Virus record (IMG/VR): IMGVR_UViG_3300031999_000176
Location: 1 to 25,206 of that record
Direction: 5' to 3' (one strand)
Source: a virus
Lineage: Duplodnaviria > Caudoviricetes
Length of the DNA stretch: 25,206 nucleotides
Part shown: one piece after another, positions 8,248 to 14,762 of the stretch
Layout of the letters: the number at the start of each line of letters is the position of its first letter
Position numbering within the stretch: the stretch's first letter is position 1
Translations under genes and position numbers: made by a program
Notes under the pieces: model-generated
The model's database searches: none
Told to the model about the DNA's origin: nothing
The model's input: the letters and a program-made list of their open reading frames with translations, nothing else

Positions 8248-8406
8248 TTAAAACTTATTACCTACTTCCTCAAATATCTTTTCAAATGATGCTGGTTTAA
8301 AGTCTTGCTTATTAAATTCAAACATAGTCTTTTTTCCATTAGCGTGCTTAATATACCCTTTAACTAAAACATTTTCAACTATAATCGTTTTCTTTGTGTC
8401 TACCAT
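8248..8406 (-). CDS. small hypothetical protein (52 aa, not in ORF track)
   Basis: MVDTKKTIIVENVLVKGYIKHANGKKTMFEFNKQDFKPASFEKIFEEVGNKF*; fills operon gap. Confidence 0.65.
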   Translation of the reverse strand: MVDTKKTIIVENVLVKGYIKHANGKKTMFEFNKQDFKPASFEKIFEEVGNKF

Positions 8407-8408
8407 AA

Positions 8409-8576
8409 TTATTCGCCTACGGTTCTGTATGTTACACCAAGGTAAATATTTCTTATGTTGGCTTTAGGGATATTGTATAACTTAGCTACTTTTGGAATTG
8501 GCATAGTCTTCAATGCCTTCTTGATTGCTATAACTTGATCTGTTGTTAAATACTTTGTGTGATAAACCTCACTCAT
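8409..8576 (-). CDS. small helix-turn-helix protein (55 aa, not in ORF track)
   Basis: GAGGAGG SD, TAATG coupling; LTTDQVIAIKK...VAKLYNIPKANIRNIYLGVTY resembles the HTH tails of phage HNH proteins. Confidence 0.7.
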   Translation of the reverse strand: MSEVYHTKYLTTDQVIAIKKALKTMPIPKVAKLYNIPKANIRNIYLGVTYRTVGE

Positions 8577-8749
8577 TAGTATGGTGCCTCCTCGTAATCA
8601 TTTGTGTTGAATGGTTTAACTTTCTCTTTCGGTAACTCTACCACATTTAAATCTGGATGTGAATCTTTGTACCATTTTGCTTCTCTCTTTGACCAGCGAT
8701 ACTTTCTTATAATATCACCGTCATCTACTACTGCGTGTGTAAACTCCAT
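8576..8749 (-). CDS. small hypothetical protein (57 aa, not in ORF track)
   Basis: MEFTHAVVDDGDIIRKYRWSKREAKWYKD...EEAPY*; AAGGA SD; TAATG coupling at both ends. Confidence 0.7.
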   Translation of the reverse strand: MEFTHAVVDDGDIIRKYRWSKREAKWYKDSHPDLNVVELPKEKVKPFNTNDYEEAPY

Positions 8750-8916
8750 TATGTTCCTTTATAGTTCTTATAGTCCTTCCAAGTGCTACCAATAAGTTTT
8801 TGGATAGTAGCATACTTTATTGGATCTAATGTGTCTGGTTCTGTTTGGTATAACAAAATATCTTGTTTAATCTTAATAGTCAAGAATTCATCTTCTTTTC
8901 TTTTTTCAAAGCTCAT
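8749..8916 (-). CDS. small hypothetical protein
   Basis: GAGGG SD before ATG8916 (MSFEKRK...); the track start 8982 lies within hairpins and lacks an SD. Confidence 0.6.
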   Translation of the reverse strand: MSFEKRKEDEFLTIKIKQDILLYQTEPDTLDPIKYATIQKLIGSTWKDYKNYKGT

Positions 8917-8954
8917 CTTGCCCTCATCAAAAAATTTTAAGTATAGCTCCGCCA

Positions 8955-9249
8955 AGGGTGAGAAGTTCCTCACCTGACCCATATCATTGATAGATAGCTG
9001 TAATGATACTAGTCCTACACGAAGTTAATGTTCAATCGTTATGATGTTGGCAAGTCACCCCTGTTCATCATAACTTGTGTGATACCCATTTAAGTTCACG
9101 AGGCTCGCTTGCGGGTGTGTGCAAGGCCTATGTATTATCCACGCAGCCCATTTAGGCTCAGTAATATCGTTTGGAGTACGGAAAATAGGGAAGTAGAAAG
9201 ATACTGACGTAGAAATACATCAATATTTTTTCCAATTCGCTACTCTCAT
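8955..9249 (-). ncRNA. candidate ~300 nt structured RNA / 5' leader of the replication operon
   Basis: Promoter immediately upstream; stems at 9201-9226, 9145-9158, 9079-9099, 9038-9074, 8982-9008, 8957-8974; most mismatches resolve as G.U on the - strand. Confidence 0.55.
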
Positions 9250-9254
9250 TTATA

Positions 9255-9283
9255 AATATACGCTTGTTTTTGAATTTATGCAA
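9255..9283 (-). promoter_or_regulatory. sigma70-type promoter
   Basis: TTGCAT (9283-9278), 17 nt spacer, TATATT (9260-9255). Confidence 0.65.
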
Positions 9284-9288
9284 GAGGT

Positions 9289-9326
9289 AAAAGAAAAAAC
9301 CCCTAGATGATCAGTCTAAGGGTTTT
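9289..9326 (-). terminator. intrinsic terminator of the sRNA
   Basis: AAAAACCCUUAGA-CUGAUCA-UCUAGGGGUUUUUUCUUUU; the single mismatch is a G.U pair only on the - strand. Confidence 0.75.
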
Positions 9327-9404
9327 TAAGGTGCGAGGGACACCGAGGGTTTTACCATTATCAGAGAGAGCGAGAATGGAAAAGCGTGAGGAAAGGGACT
9401 CACA
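9290..9404 (-). ncRNA. candidate ~115 nt sRNA with pyrimidine-rich (anti-SD) loops
   Basis: Bounded by a near-consensus promoter and a terminator; three hairpins with loops UCCCUUUC, GCUCUCUCU, UCCCUCG and a CCCUC linker. Confidence 0.7.
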
Positions 9405-9410
9405 AGAGAA

Positions 9411-9439
9411 ACTATAGCAAACCAGGGTATCTGTGTCAA
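9411..9439 (-). promoter_or_regulatory. strong sigma70 promoter for the sRNA
   Basis: TTGACA (9439-9434), 17 nt spacer, TG-C-TATAGT extended -10 (9416-9411). Confidence 0.8.
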
Positions 9440-9689
9440 GCTTTTTCAACGGAATATTAAATTATTATTCCGTGGTAATCCCGCTAGCTGGTTAACGGGA
9501 GGCAACATGTGTTAAGTGTTTCATTCAAAAGGCATTTGTCTGTATTTTGAGTGAAAACAATTTTTACAGGCAAAATTAGGCAGTATTCATGGTTTTACTG
9601 AGTATTTTGTATAGCAAAAAGCGCATAATATTCAATACAAACTAGCTAGTATGGATTAAATTACATACAAAGATGTTTGTGTAGCAAAA

Positions 9690-9707
9690 TGTGTAATATA
9701 TTACACA
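9690..9707. promoter_or_regulatory. perfect 18 bp palindrome upstream of pqqA (candidate operator)
   Basis: TGTGTAATATATTACACA; related imperfect copy GTATGGATTAAATTACATAC at 9649-9668. Confidence 0.55.
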
Positions 9708-9753
9708 CAAATGTACTAATATTTAGAACAATTGATCTACTAAGGAGAACAAT

Positions 9754-9825
9754 ATGTGGACAAAACCAGCAGCAACAGAAATGAGATTTGGCTTTGAAGT
9801 AACTATGTACGTAATGAACAAATAA
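9754..9825 (+). CDS. pqqA: pyrroloquinoline quinone precursor peptide PqqA (23 aa, not in ORF track)
   Basis: MWTKPAATEMRFGFEVTMYVMNK* with W-x-K-P and GFEVTMY (E-x3-Y) signature; AAGGAG SD at 9742-9747. Confidence 0.96.
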   Translation: MWTKPAATEMRFGFEVTMYVMNK

Positions 9826-9851
9826 TGGTCATCGTAACAGATTGTTATTAG
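9825..9851 (+). CDS. possible 8 aa peptide coupled to pqqA (MVIVTDCY)
   Basis: TAATG stop-start overlap with pqqA; stop lies just before the terminator. Confidence 0.3.
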   Translation: MVIVTDCY

Positions 9852-9876
9852 TACAAGGGGCTTCGGCCCCTTTTAC
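9851..9876. terminator. bidirectional intrinsic terminator
   Basis: AAGGGGC-TTCG-GCCCCTTTT with a C(UUCG)G tetraloop, between convergent pqqA and the - strand operon. Confidence 0.85.
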
Positions 9877-9986
9877 ATATAGGGAATATATTGATAAGCA
9901 AGAATTATGCCATTGATTAAATTTCCAAGTGCATAGACGATTGCTAATACAACTATACCATCTGTGATTGCCTGTAATTTTCCCAT
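9873..9986 (-). CDS. small hydrophobic membrane peptide (37 aa, not in ORF track)
   Basis: MGKLQAITDGIVVLAIVYALGNLINGIILAYQYIPYM*; ends at the terminator; weak SD. Confidence 0.5.
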   Translation of the reverse strand: MGKLQAITDGIVVLAIVYALGNLINGIILAYQYIPYM

Positions 9987-10144
9987 GCTTTTTTCTTCTT
10001 GATTTTTTGAACGATTTGGTACTTAGTCTCGTTATTGTATTGAGACCAATTCTTGATATCTCTTTTAGACCTACCACAACCACTGCATATACCGTTATCT
10101 AGTTTGCATATTTGAATGCAAGGACTAGGCACATCATTCTTCAT
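9953..10144 (-). CDS. DUF1289 family Cys-rich protein
   Basis: SPCIQICKLDNGICSGCGRS..DI..W pattern. Confidence 0.8.
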   Translation of the reverse strand: MKNDVPSPCIQICKLDNGICSGCGRSKRDIKNWSQYNNETKYQIVQKIKKKKAWENYRQSQMV

Positions 10145-10331
10145 AGTGGTCTACTGGTAAATACTTTACATCGTAACGAACATCATTAATGTTGTCTGAA
10201 TCAGAATCGTAATATACATCGCTGCGTAATGACTCTGATTTCTTTTTCTTAAAGATGCGGTCATATGACTCATCGTATAAGTTTCTATCTGTAGGTCGTT
10301 GTTTTGACCCCTTACCTGCTTCACTTGCCAT
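10134..10331 (-). CDS. small phage protein (GKGSxxRP...YDRIF type)
   Basis: AAGGA SD; motif recurrent in aquatic phages (recollection). Confidence 0.7.
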   Translation of the reverse strand: MASEAGKGSKQRPTDRNLYDESYDRIFKKKKSESLRSDVYYDSDSDNINDVRYDVKYLPVDHYEE

Positions 10332-10332
10332 A

Positions 10333-10503
10333 CTATTTCCTTACACATAAAATGACCGGAGTAATTCCTGGTCTGCTAAACTTGTCATACTTTTCTATAA
10401 TAGCTGTTTTTGCATTCTCACAAGTTAATTGAGATTCAAATGGTACGCTATATGTTTCAACGCTTACACTACCAAACATAATTACAATCATGATGTAACT
10501 CAT
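10333..10503 (-). CDS. small hypothetical protein with hydrophobic N-terminus (56 aa, not in ORF track)
   Basis: MSYIMIVIMFGSVSVETYSVPFESQLTCENAK...ILCVRK*; ATGA overlap with the upstream gene. Confidence 0.65.
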   Translation of the reverse strand: MSYIMIVIMFGSVSVETYSVPFESQLTCENAKTAIIEKYDKFSRPGITPVILCVRK

Positions 10504-11204
10504 ACAAGCTTACCCGTCCATTTACCATTTTCATTTAATACCATTGGCATAAGTTTTGGCTGTCCATCTATGATCATGCCACAACCTATAATAAACCTAG
10601 TCTTAAAGTTCTTGGCGTATTGGAATGCCATTGACTTCTGGTTGATTAAGCACCCAACTTGCATGCCCCAGACTAATGCATCTGGATTTGAATAGTAACC
10701 GATACTAAACTTGGTATGGTAGTGGCCCTGCACGGTATGCATCCCGTACTGCATGGCTACTTTAAGAACATCAGCAGATAAACCATGCGTAAAGAAACAA
10801 CGACTGTTATCAGATAATGTAATTGTATGGTCTTCTACCCATTGCCATCCATTACCAACGCCTAAATAGTCATTATAGTTCTTTAGATAGCCTTTGGGAA
10901 CACCATGTTTCAATGCTCGTCTAAATAACATAGATGAGTGATTAGAGTGAACTATGGTCATCTTTGGAAATATCTTTTCAAGTTCCTGAATGTATGCTAT
11001 AGATGCTGCAAGCTCATGGCCAGCAGAGTAAAGGTCTGGATCAGAGTCATGCATTGACATAGCATGCATATCTAACTCGTCACCAATATTAACAATACAA
11101 TCTGGCTTGTATTTCTTCTTTAGTGCGGTTAAAAATCTAAATGCGTCTTGGTGGTGATATGGTATATGTAAATCTGATATTACTAATACTGATTTATATT
11201 TCAT
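10500..11204 (-). CDS. calcineurin-like metallophosphoesterase
   Basis: DLH, GDELD, SNH, THG, GHYH motifs. Confidence 0.9.
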   Translation of the reverse strand: MKYKSVLVISDLHIPYHHQDAFRFLTALKKKYKPDCIVNIGDELDMHAMSMHDSDPDLYSAGHELAASIAYIQELEKIFPKMTIVHSNHSSMLFRRALKHGVPKGYLKNYNDYLGVGNGWQWVEDHTITLSDNSRCFFTHGLSADVLKVAMQYGMHTVQGHYHTKFSIGYYSNPDALVWGMQVGCLINQKSMAFQYAKNFKTRFIIGCGMIIDGQPKLMPMVLNENGKWTGKLV

Positions 11205-11222
11205 TTTTTCCCTTTCGTTAAA

Positions 11223-11564
11223 TTACATTTCTCTTCTATCATAGCCCATTACTGCATTGAATTTACTCATGAATTTCCTAAAAGTCTTATCGTGGTGATC
11301 ATAATTGCTTTTGCCATCTAAGTAAAGCTTTAAATGCACCATCTCATGAGCAAGCGTTCTTACTAAATTATTAAATGTTTCCTGATGGTATGTGCTTAAA
11401 TGAATTTTAAGTGGCTCTACATTCATAGATCCCATAACTTCTGGATCGTCATCTACTTGAAATATGACTTTATGCGCTGGAGGGAGGCCCCAGTCCATCA
11501 TTGGAGGCATGCTGCGTAAGTATTTGTATGTTTCTTTTACGGTGTATTCGTCAATCAGTTCCAT
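11223..11564 (-). CDS. SprT-like zinc metallopeptidase domain protein
   Basis: TLAHEMVH followed by HHDKTF. Confidence 0.7.
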   Translation of the reverse strand: MELIDEYTVKETYKYLRSMPPMMDWGLPPAHKVIFQVDDDPEVMGSMNVEPLKIHLSTYHQETFNNLVRTLAHEMVHLKLYLDGKSNYDHHDKTFRKFMSKFNAVMGYDRREM

Positions 11565-11565
11565 G

Positions 11566-11814
11566 TTAGAGTCCTGGGTTAGCTTCTGTTAATAATTTAC
11601 TATCGTAACGTTTAATAGCAATATGCTTTTCAGCTTTATCATCACATCTATACAAAGGTGTAAGGGTGATATTGTGGAGCTTAGATTTTAATTCGTTCTT
11701 GAAGGATATTTCAGATGGTTTAAATGGAGAAATGAAACTATTGACAAGTTTGTTCTTGTGATCAAACTCTTCGTAGACCCAGGCGTAAGGTTCTTTAACT
11801 GCGTTAATCATCAT
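11566..11814 (-). CDS. phage hypothetical protein
   Basis: AAGGA SD; EPYAW...TPLY pattern common in phage proteins. Confidence 0.7.
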   Translation of the reverse strand: MMINAVKEPYAWVYEEFDHKNKLVNSFISPFKPSEISFKNELKSKLHNITLTPLYRCDDKAEKHIAIKRYDSKLLTEANPGL

Positions 11815-11938
11815 GCAATCCTTCCATAGCTAACCTACTAACAAAATTACACGAGGCTCTGAAGGCCACAAATATTACTGCAAAAGGAATAAATACAATC
11901 CCTAAAAATCCTACTAACAAACCAAATTGTGTTTTCAT
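11804..11938 (-). CDS. small single-TM membrane peptide (44 aa, not in ORF track)
   Basis: MKTQFGLLVGFLGIVFIPFAVIFVAFRASCNFVSRLAMEGLHDD*; GGAGG SD and ATGA overlap. Confidence 0.65.
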   Translation of the reverse strand: MKTQFGLLVGFLGIVFIPFAVIFVAFRASCNFVSRLAMEGLHDD

Positions 11939-12228
11939 TTAACCTCCAAATGTTGTTTTTCAAATAACCAACCTATTGTTTTACGATGTGCATCTTCCCA
12001 CATCTCTATTCTTTCTTCCCTAGTCATCTTGCTTCCTTGATCCAGATTAGCATGACACTTAAAACACATTGCCGCAATTCTATAGTCTGAACTTTTCATG
12101 GCGATTGATTTGCCGTCTCTTGATTGATTTGAATGTGCTGCAACAACCGTACCATCTTCAAGGCCACATACTTGGCATGGAGATTCTCTTACTATTTCTA
12201 GTAACTTTTTGTTCCTATACAATGCCAT
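11935..12228 (-). CDS. YbcO/DUF1364-like Zn-binding putative nuclease
   Basis: CQVCG...TVVAAHSN...KSSD...CFKCH pattern. Confidence 0.75.
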   Translation of the reverse strand: MALYRNKKLLEIVRESPCQVCGLEDGTVVAAHSNQSRDGKSIAMKSSDYRIAAMCFKCHANLDQGSKMTREERIEMWEDAHRKTIGWLFEKQHLEVK

Positions 12229-12406
12229 GCGCTCTTTCTATGGCTCTAGCGAATGCAGTATAGTTAATAAACTTCTTACCAGAGAATCTTTCAGATTCCC
12301 ATATAAGAGTAATAGCTTCTTCTGATAAAGGTTTAACTACCTTAGGAAGCTTATCCATATCTTCTGTGGTCAGCTTTTGTTCCATCCATTGTTTATAATT
12401 TTCCAT
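12215..12406 (-). CDS. phage hypothetical protein
   Basis: GGAGG SD; PLSEEAI...FARAIERAHGI motif common in proteobacterial phages. Confidence 0.7.
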   Translation of the reverse strand: MENYKQWMEQKLTTEDMDKLPKVVKPLSEEAITLIWESERFSGKKFINYTAFARAIERAHGIV

Positions 12407-12602
12407 CTTCCACCTCCGTAATGCCTTCTAATTTTTGAATATGAGTCAGCATATCACGAATGTCTTGAGTCATAAGATTCATAACTCTATGTTGTTCTGT
12501 AATTTTTGTATGTAGCTCAATGAGTAAATCACCCATACGCTTACCCATTTCCTTATCTTTTTTGTATAGCTCTTCAGCTAGCTTGACTAGTTCGTCTAAC
12601 AT
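12393..12602 (-). CDS. phage hypothetical protein (coiled-coil)
   Basis: AAGGAG SD. Confidence 0.7.
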   Translation of the reverse strand: MLDELVKLAEELYKKDKEMGKRMGDLLIELHTKITEQHRVMNLMTQDIRDMLTHIQKLEGITEVEDGKL

Positions 12603-12747
12603 ATAACTCCTTTTTTGGCATAATCATTTTACTTAAACACACTGAACACTTAAATCTTCTAATGTGTTTATTAGCGGTTGTTACTACTTTGCCCGTTTCG
12701 GCTGGTCTAAATTGAAGACATGATGAGCAGTACTTTTTCTCACTCAT
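12574..12747 (-). CDS. small Zn-ribbon protein (57 aa, not in ORF track)
   Basis: MSEKKYCSSCLQFRP...RRFKCSVCLSK; two CxxC pairs; ATGA overlap. Confidence 0.7.
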   Translation of the reverse strand: MSEKKYCSSCLQFRPAETGKVVTTANKHIRRFKCSVCLSKMIMPKKELYVRRTSQAS

Positions 12748-12935
12748 TTTCTGGTTCTTCTTTTAATAGCTGGAAGACCTACTGTAGCTTCTTCTTCCAT
12801 CATAGCCTTAGCCATAGCTTTAGCATCACCTGGAATTTTGTTAATTGGTGCGCCACGAATAAGATATCCCATCATGGCCATACCAGCGTATACAGCTTCT
12901 AATTGTTCTTTATCTGTCATTTCAATATATTCCAA
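12744..12935 (-). CDS. phage hypothetical protein
   Basis: YAGMAMMG..A...A.AM helical pattern; part of a tight operon. Confidence 0.7.
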   Translation of the reverse strand: MEYIEMTDKEQLEAVYAGMAMMGYLIRGAPINKIPGDAKAMAKAMMEEEATVGLPAIKRRTRK

Positions 12936-13120
12936 CAGATTTGTAGCTTATTCCAAAACGTTAATTTTTTTGAGTTTGCTACTGTGTAGTCTGCTAATGC
13001 TTTCTGAATACCTGCTTGCAATATAACTTCTCTACCCGCTTGGTTCATGTCTAAAGTTAATTTACAGTCTCCATCTTTTGTATCTTTAATACTTACTACT
13101 TTGATGTATGGTTTTCTCAT
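12917..13120 (-). CDS. phage hypothetical protein
   Basis: GGAG SD, ATGA overlap. Confidence 0.65.
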   Translation of the reverse strand: MRKPYIKVVSIKDTKDGDCKLTLDMNQAGREVILQAGIQKALADYTVANSKKLTFWNKLQICWNILK

Positions 13121-13401
13121 TTTGATTTCTCCAATGTTTTAATGTCATCTATGATGGTTGTGCCAATTGTTCTATTGCTAATAGATATAGTCATGGCATC
13201 TTCATTGGATGTTACAACCTCAGCCGCATCTTTAAGTCCTTGATTGTATCCGCTATTAAATGATGAGTTATTATCAATAATCATCTGTATTGCATTGCGT
13301 ATAAGCATGGATTGTTTACGATTTGCGCCTGCAATCTTGAGCTTATCATGTAATTCTTTAGGCAAATAAAAGGATATTGGAACTAAGTTTTCCCTTGCCA
13401 T
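13117..13401 (-). CDS. ribbon-helix-helix DNA-binding protein (putative)
   Basis: ISFYLPKELHDKLK...QSMLIRNAI matches the RHH pattern; GGGAG SD. Confidence 0.65.
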   Translation of the reverse strand: MARENLVPISFYLPKELHDKLKIAGANRKQSMLIRNAIQMIIDNNSSFNSGYNQGLKDAAEVVTSNEDAMTISISNRTIGTTIIDDIKTLEKSK

Positions 13402-13823
13402 AATGTATACTCCCTATAAAGTTTATCTAGCTGAGTCTGTGCTACAGCATTTGTTTTTAGTTGTGATCTTGACTCTAAGTCTAAATAGAATCTTAACCAT
13501 TGAGTTGCAGTTTCATAATCTTTGGTAGAGATATCACTCCTTGAATAAAGGAACTCCCAAAACTTTGGATCACGGCATAACATACCAGCTATGCGTAAAG
13601 CTCTATCACCAGCAAATTCTTCTTGACGATCAATTGGTGCTTCATTGGTGTCTAGTCTTACCATAACTACTTGATATCTAGCCCCAACGAAATCCCGAAG
13701 TAAGTCCTCAGGAATGTCGTCAGGATGCATAGACAATGTTAAAACATATCCAGTTTTATCTTGTTTAAGGGCTACCTTAACACCTTCAAACTGTATTGTT
13801 TTCATGGTTATTGTTGATCCCAT
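13383..13823 (-). CDS. phage hypothetical protein
   Basis: 146 aa ORF in the recombination operon; alternative start ATG13805. Confidence 0.75.
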   Translation of the reverse strand: MGSTITMKTIQFEGVKVALKQDKTGYVLTLSMHPDDIPEDLLRDFVGARYQVVMVRLDTNEAPIDRQEEFAGDRALRIAGMLCRDPKFWEFLYSRSDISTKDYETATQWLRFYLDLESRSQLKTNAVAQTQLDKLYREYTLWQGKT

Positions 13824-14077
13824 GGATTACCAGCTGTAGCTGGCTTTTCATAAGGCTCTGAAACACCAAGTGAAAGATAATCTTCACCAGTTTTAGTGTT
13901 GCGTTTCCAACCCGCTAACTGTAGCTTAATCAAACCTTCTTTATGTTTTGATAATAGGTCAATCAATAAGTTACGATCAACATGAACCAATCCTCTCATA
14001 TCTGGATGGTTTTCTGCTTTTTTGTCACGATTAATAAAGATTGAACCTGTATTAGGCTTTTGAATATACTCAGCCAT
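13808..14077 (-). CDS. putative single-stranded DNA-binding protein (DUF736-like)
   Basis: GSIFINRDK...HPDMRG...LAGW...YLSL pattern; directly downstream of ERF. Confidence 0.65.
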   Translation of the reverse strand: MAEYIQKPNTGSIFINRDKKAENHPDMRGLVHVDRNLLIDLLSKHKEGLIKLQLAGWKRNTKTGEDYLSLGVSEPYEKPATAGNPWDQQ

Positions 14078-14762
14078 TTGCTTTCTCCTCTAGTTTAGTT
14101 TTAACTTCCGTAAATTTTGTCATCATCTCTGTAAAGAATATTGGATCTGTAAGCTTCACAGTATCAAACAAGGTCTTGTTCTTTTTAAAGATTAATAAGA
14201 CATCTTCTGCATCGTTACACATATCTAAAAACATATATGTGGAACCTTTGATTAACTCTAGCCATCCTTGTACATCTTGACCAATCGGATCAGCTGGAGC
14301 ATCTATTTGCCACTCACCACCTTTACCTACAATGCGTGGACTTTCAACTGTAGGTTCAGCTTTTTTTGAGTCAGATCCTGTGGTGGCATCTAGAGCGTCA
14401 TGTTCAACAATCTCCATCGCTGCCACCCAAAGATAGCGCCGCAAATAAGTCTGCACCGCCCCCAAATTTTGAATTGCATGACAACCTTTTAACTCAGCCG
14501 TAGACATAGGTGAACTAAAGATCACAAAGTTTGGTTGTGTTGCTTCAGTAGCATCTACATCTACGATGGTTAATGTTGCCAATTCTGTACCAAATGATAC
14601 AGTCCCACATAAGCCTACTTCTGCAAAGATTGTTTGAATCGTTGGCAAGAAGTCTGCTAATTCAAAATACTCGTATCCAGCAAATTTATTTTTACCAGAT
14701 TTTCTAAGCGGGGCTTGTTGCAACTTAAGCCTAGCTTGTTGTAACTTTTTATATACGTTCAT
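14070..14762 (-). CDS. erf: ERF family single-strand annealing recombinase
   Basis: KSGKNKFAGYEYFEL and QNLGAVQTYLRRY motifs. Confidence 0.85.
   Translation of the reverse strand: MNVYKKLQQARLKLQQAPLRKSGKNKFAGYEYFELADFLPTIQTIFAEVGLCGTVSFGTELATLTIVDVDATEATQPNFVIFSSPMSTAELKGCHAIQNLGAVQTYLRRYLWVAAMEIVEHDALDATTGSDSKKAEPTVESPRIVGKGGEWQIDAPADPIGQDVQGWLELIKGSTYMFLDMCNDAEDVLLIFKKNKTLFDTVKLTDPIFFTEMMTKFTEVKTKLEEKANG

Noticed and set aside
3662-8977. + strand track ORFs 3662..4069, 4140..4355, 7331..7723, 7843..8052, 8604..8795, 8783..8977
   Set aside because: Antisense to well-supported - strand genes
9330-9403. AGGGA-containing hairpin loops on the + strand resembling CsrA/RsmA-sponge RNAs
   Set aside because: Promoter, terminator U tract and the G.U pair all indicate - strand transcription, where the loops are C/U-rich
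6784-9662. Exact 14 bp repeat GTATGGATTAAATT at 6784-6797 and 9649-9662
   Set aside because: One AT-rich 14-mer match is expected by chance in 25 kb, and the contexts differ
9449-9710. Possible CRISPR-like or mini-array
   Set aside because: The palindromes differ from each other; no constant repeat with regular spacers
8955-9750. tRNA, tmRNA or self-splicing intron in the non-coding region
   Set aside because: No cloverleaf with a TTC T-loop and no recognisable group I/II core seen by eye; a covariance-model search would be needed to exclude them fully
9829-10348. Track ORFs 9829..10083 (-) and 10166..10348 (-)
   Set aside because: Alternative frames over better-supported genes; the first runs through the terminator
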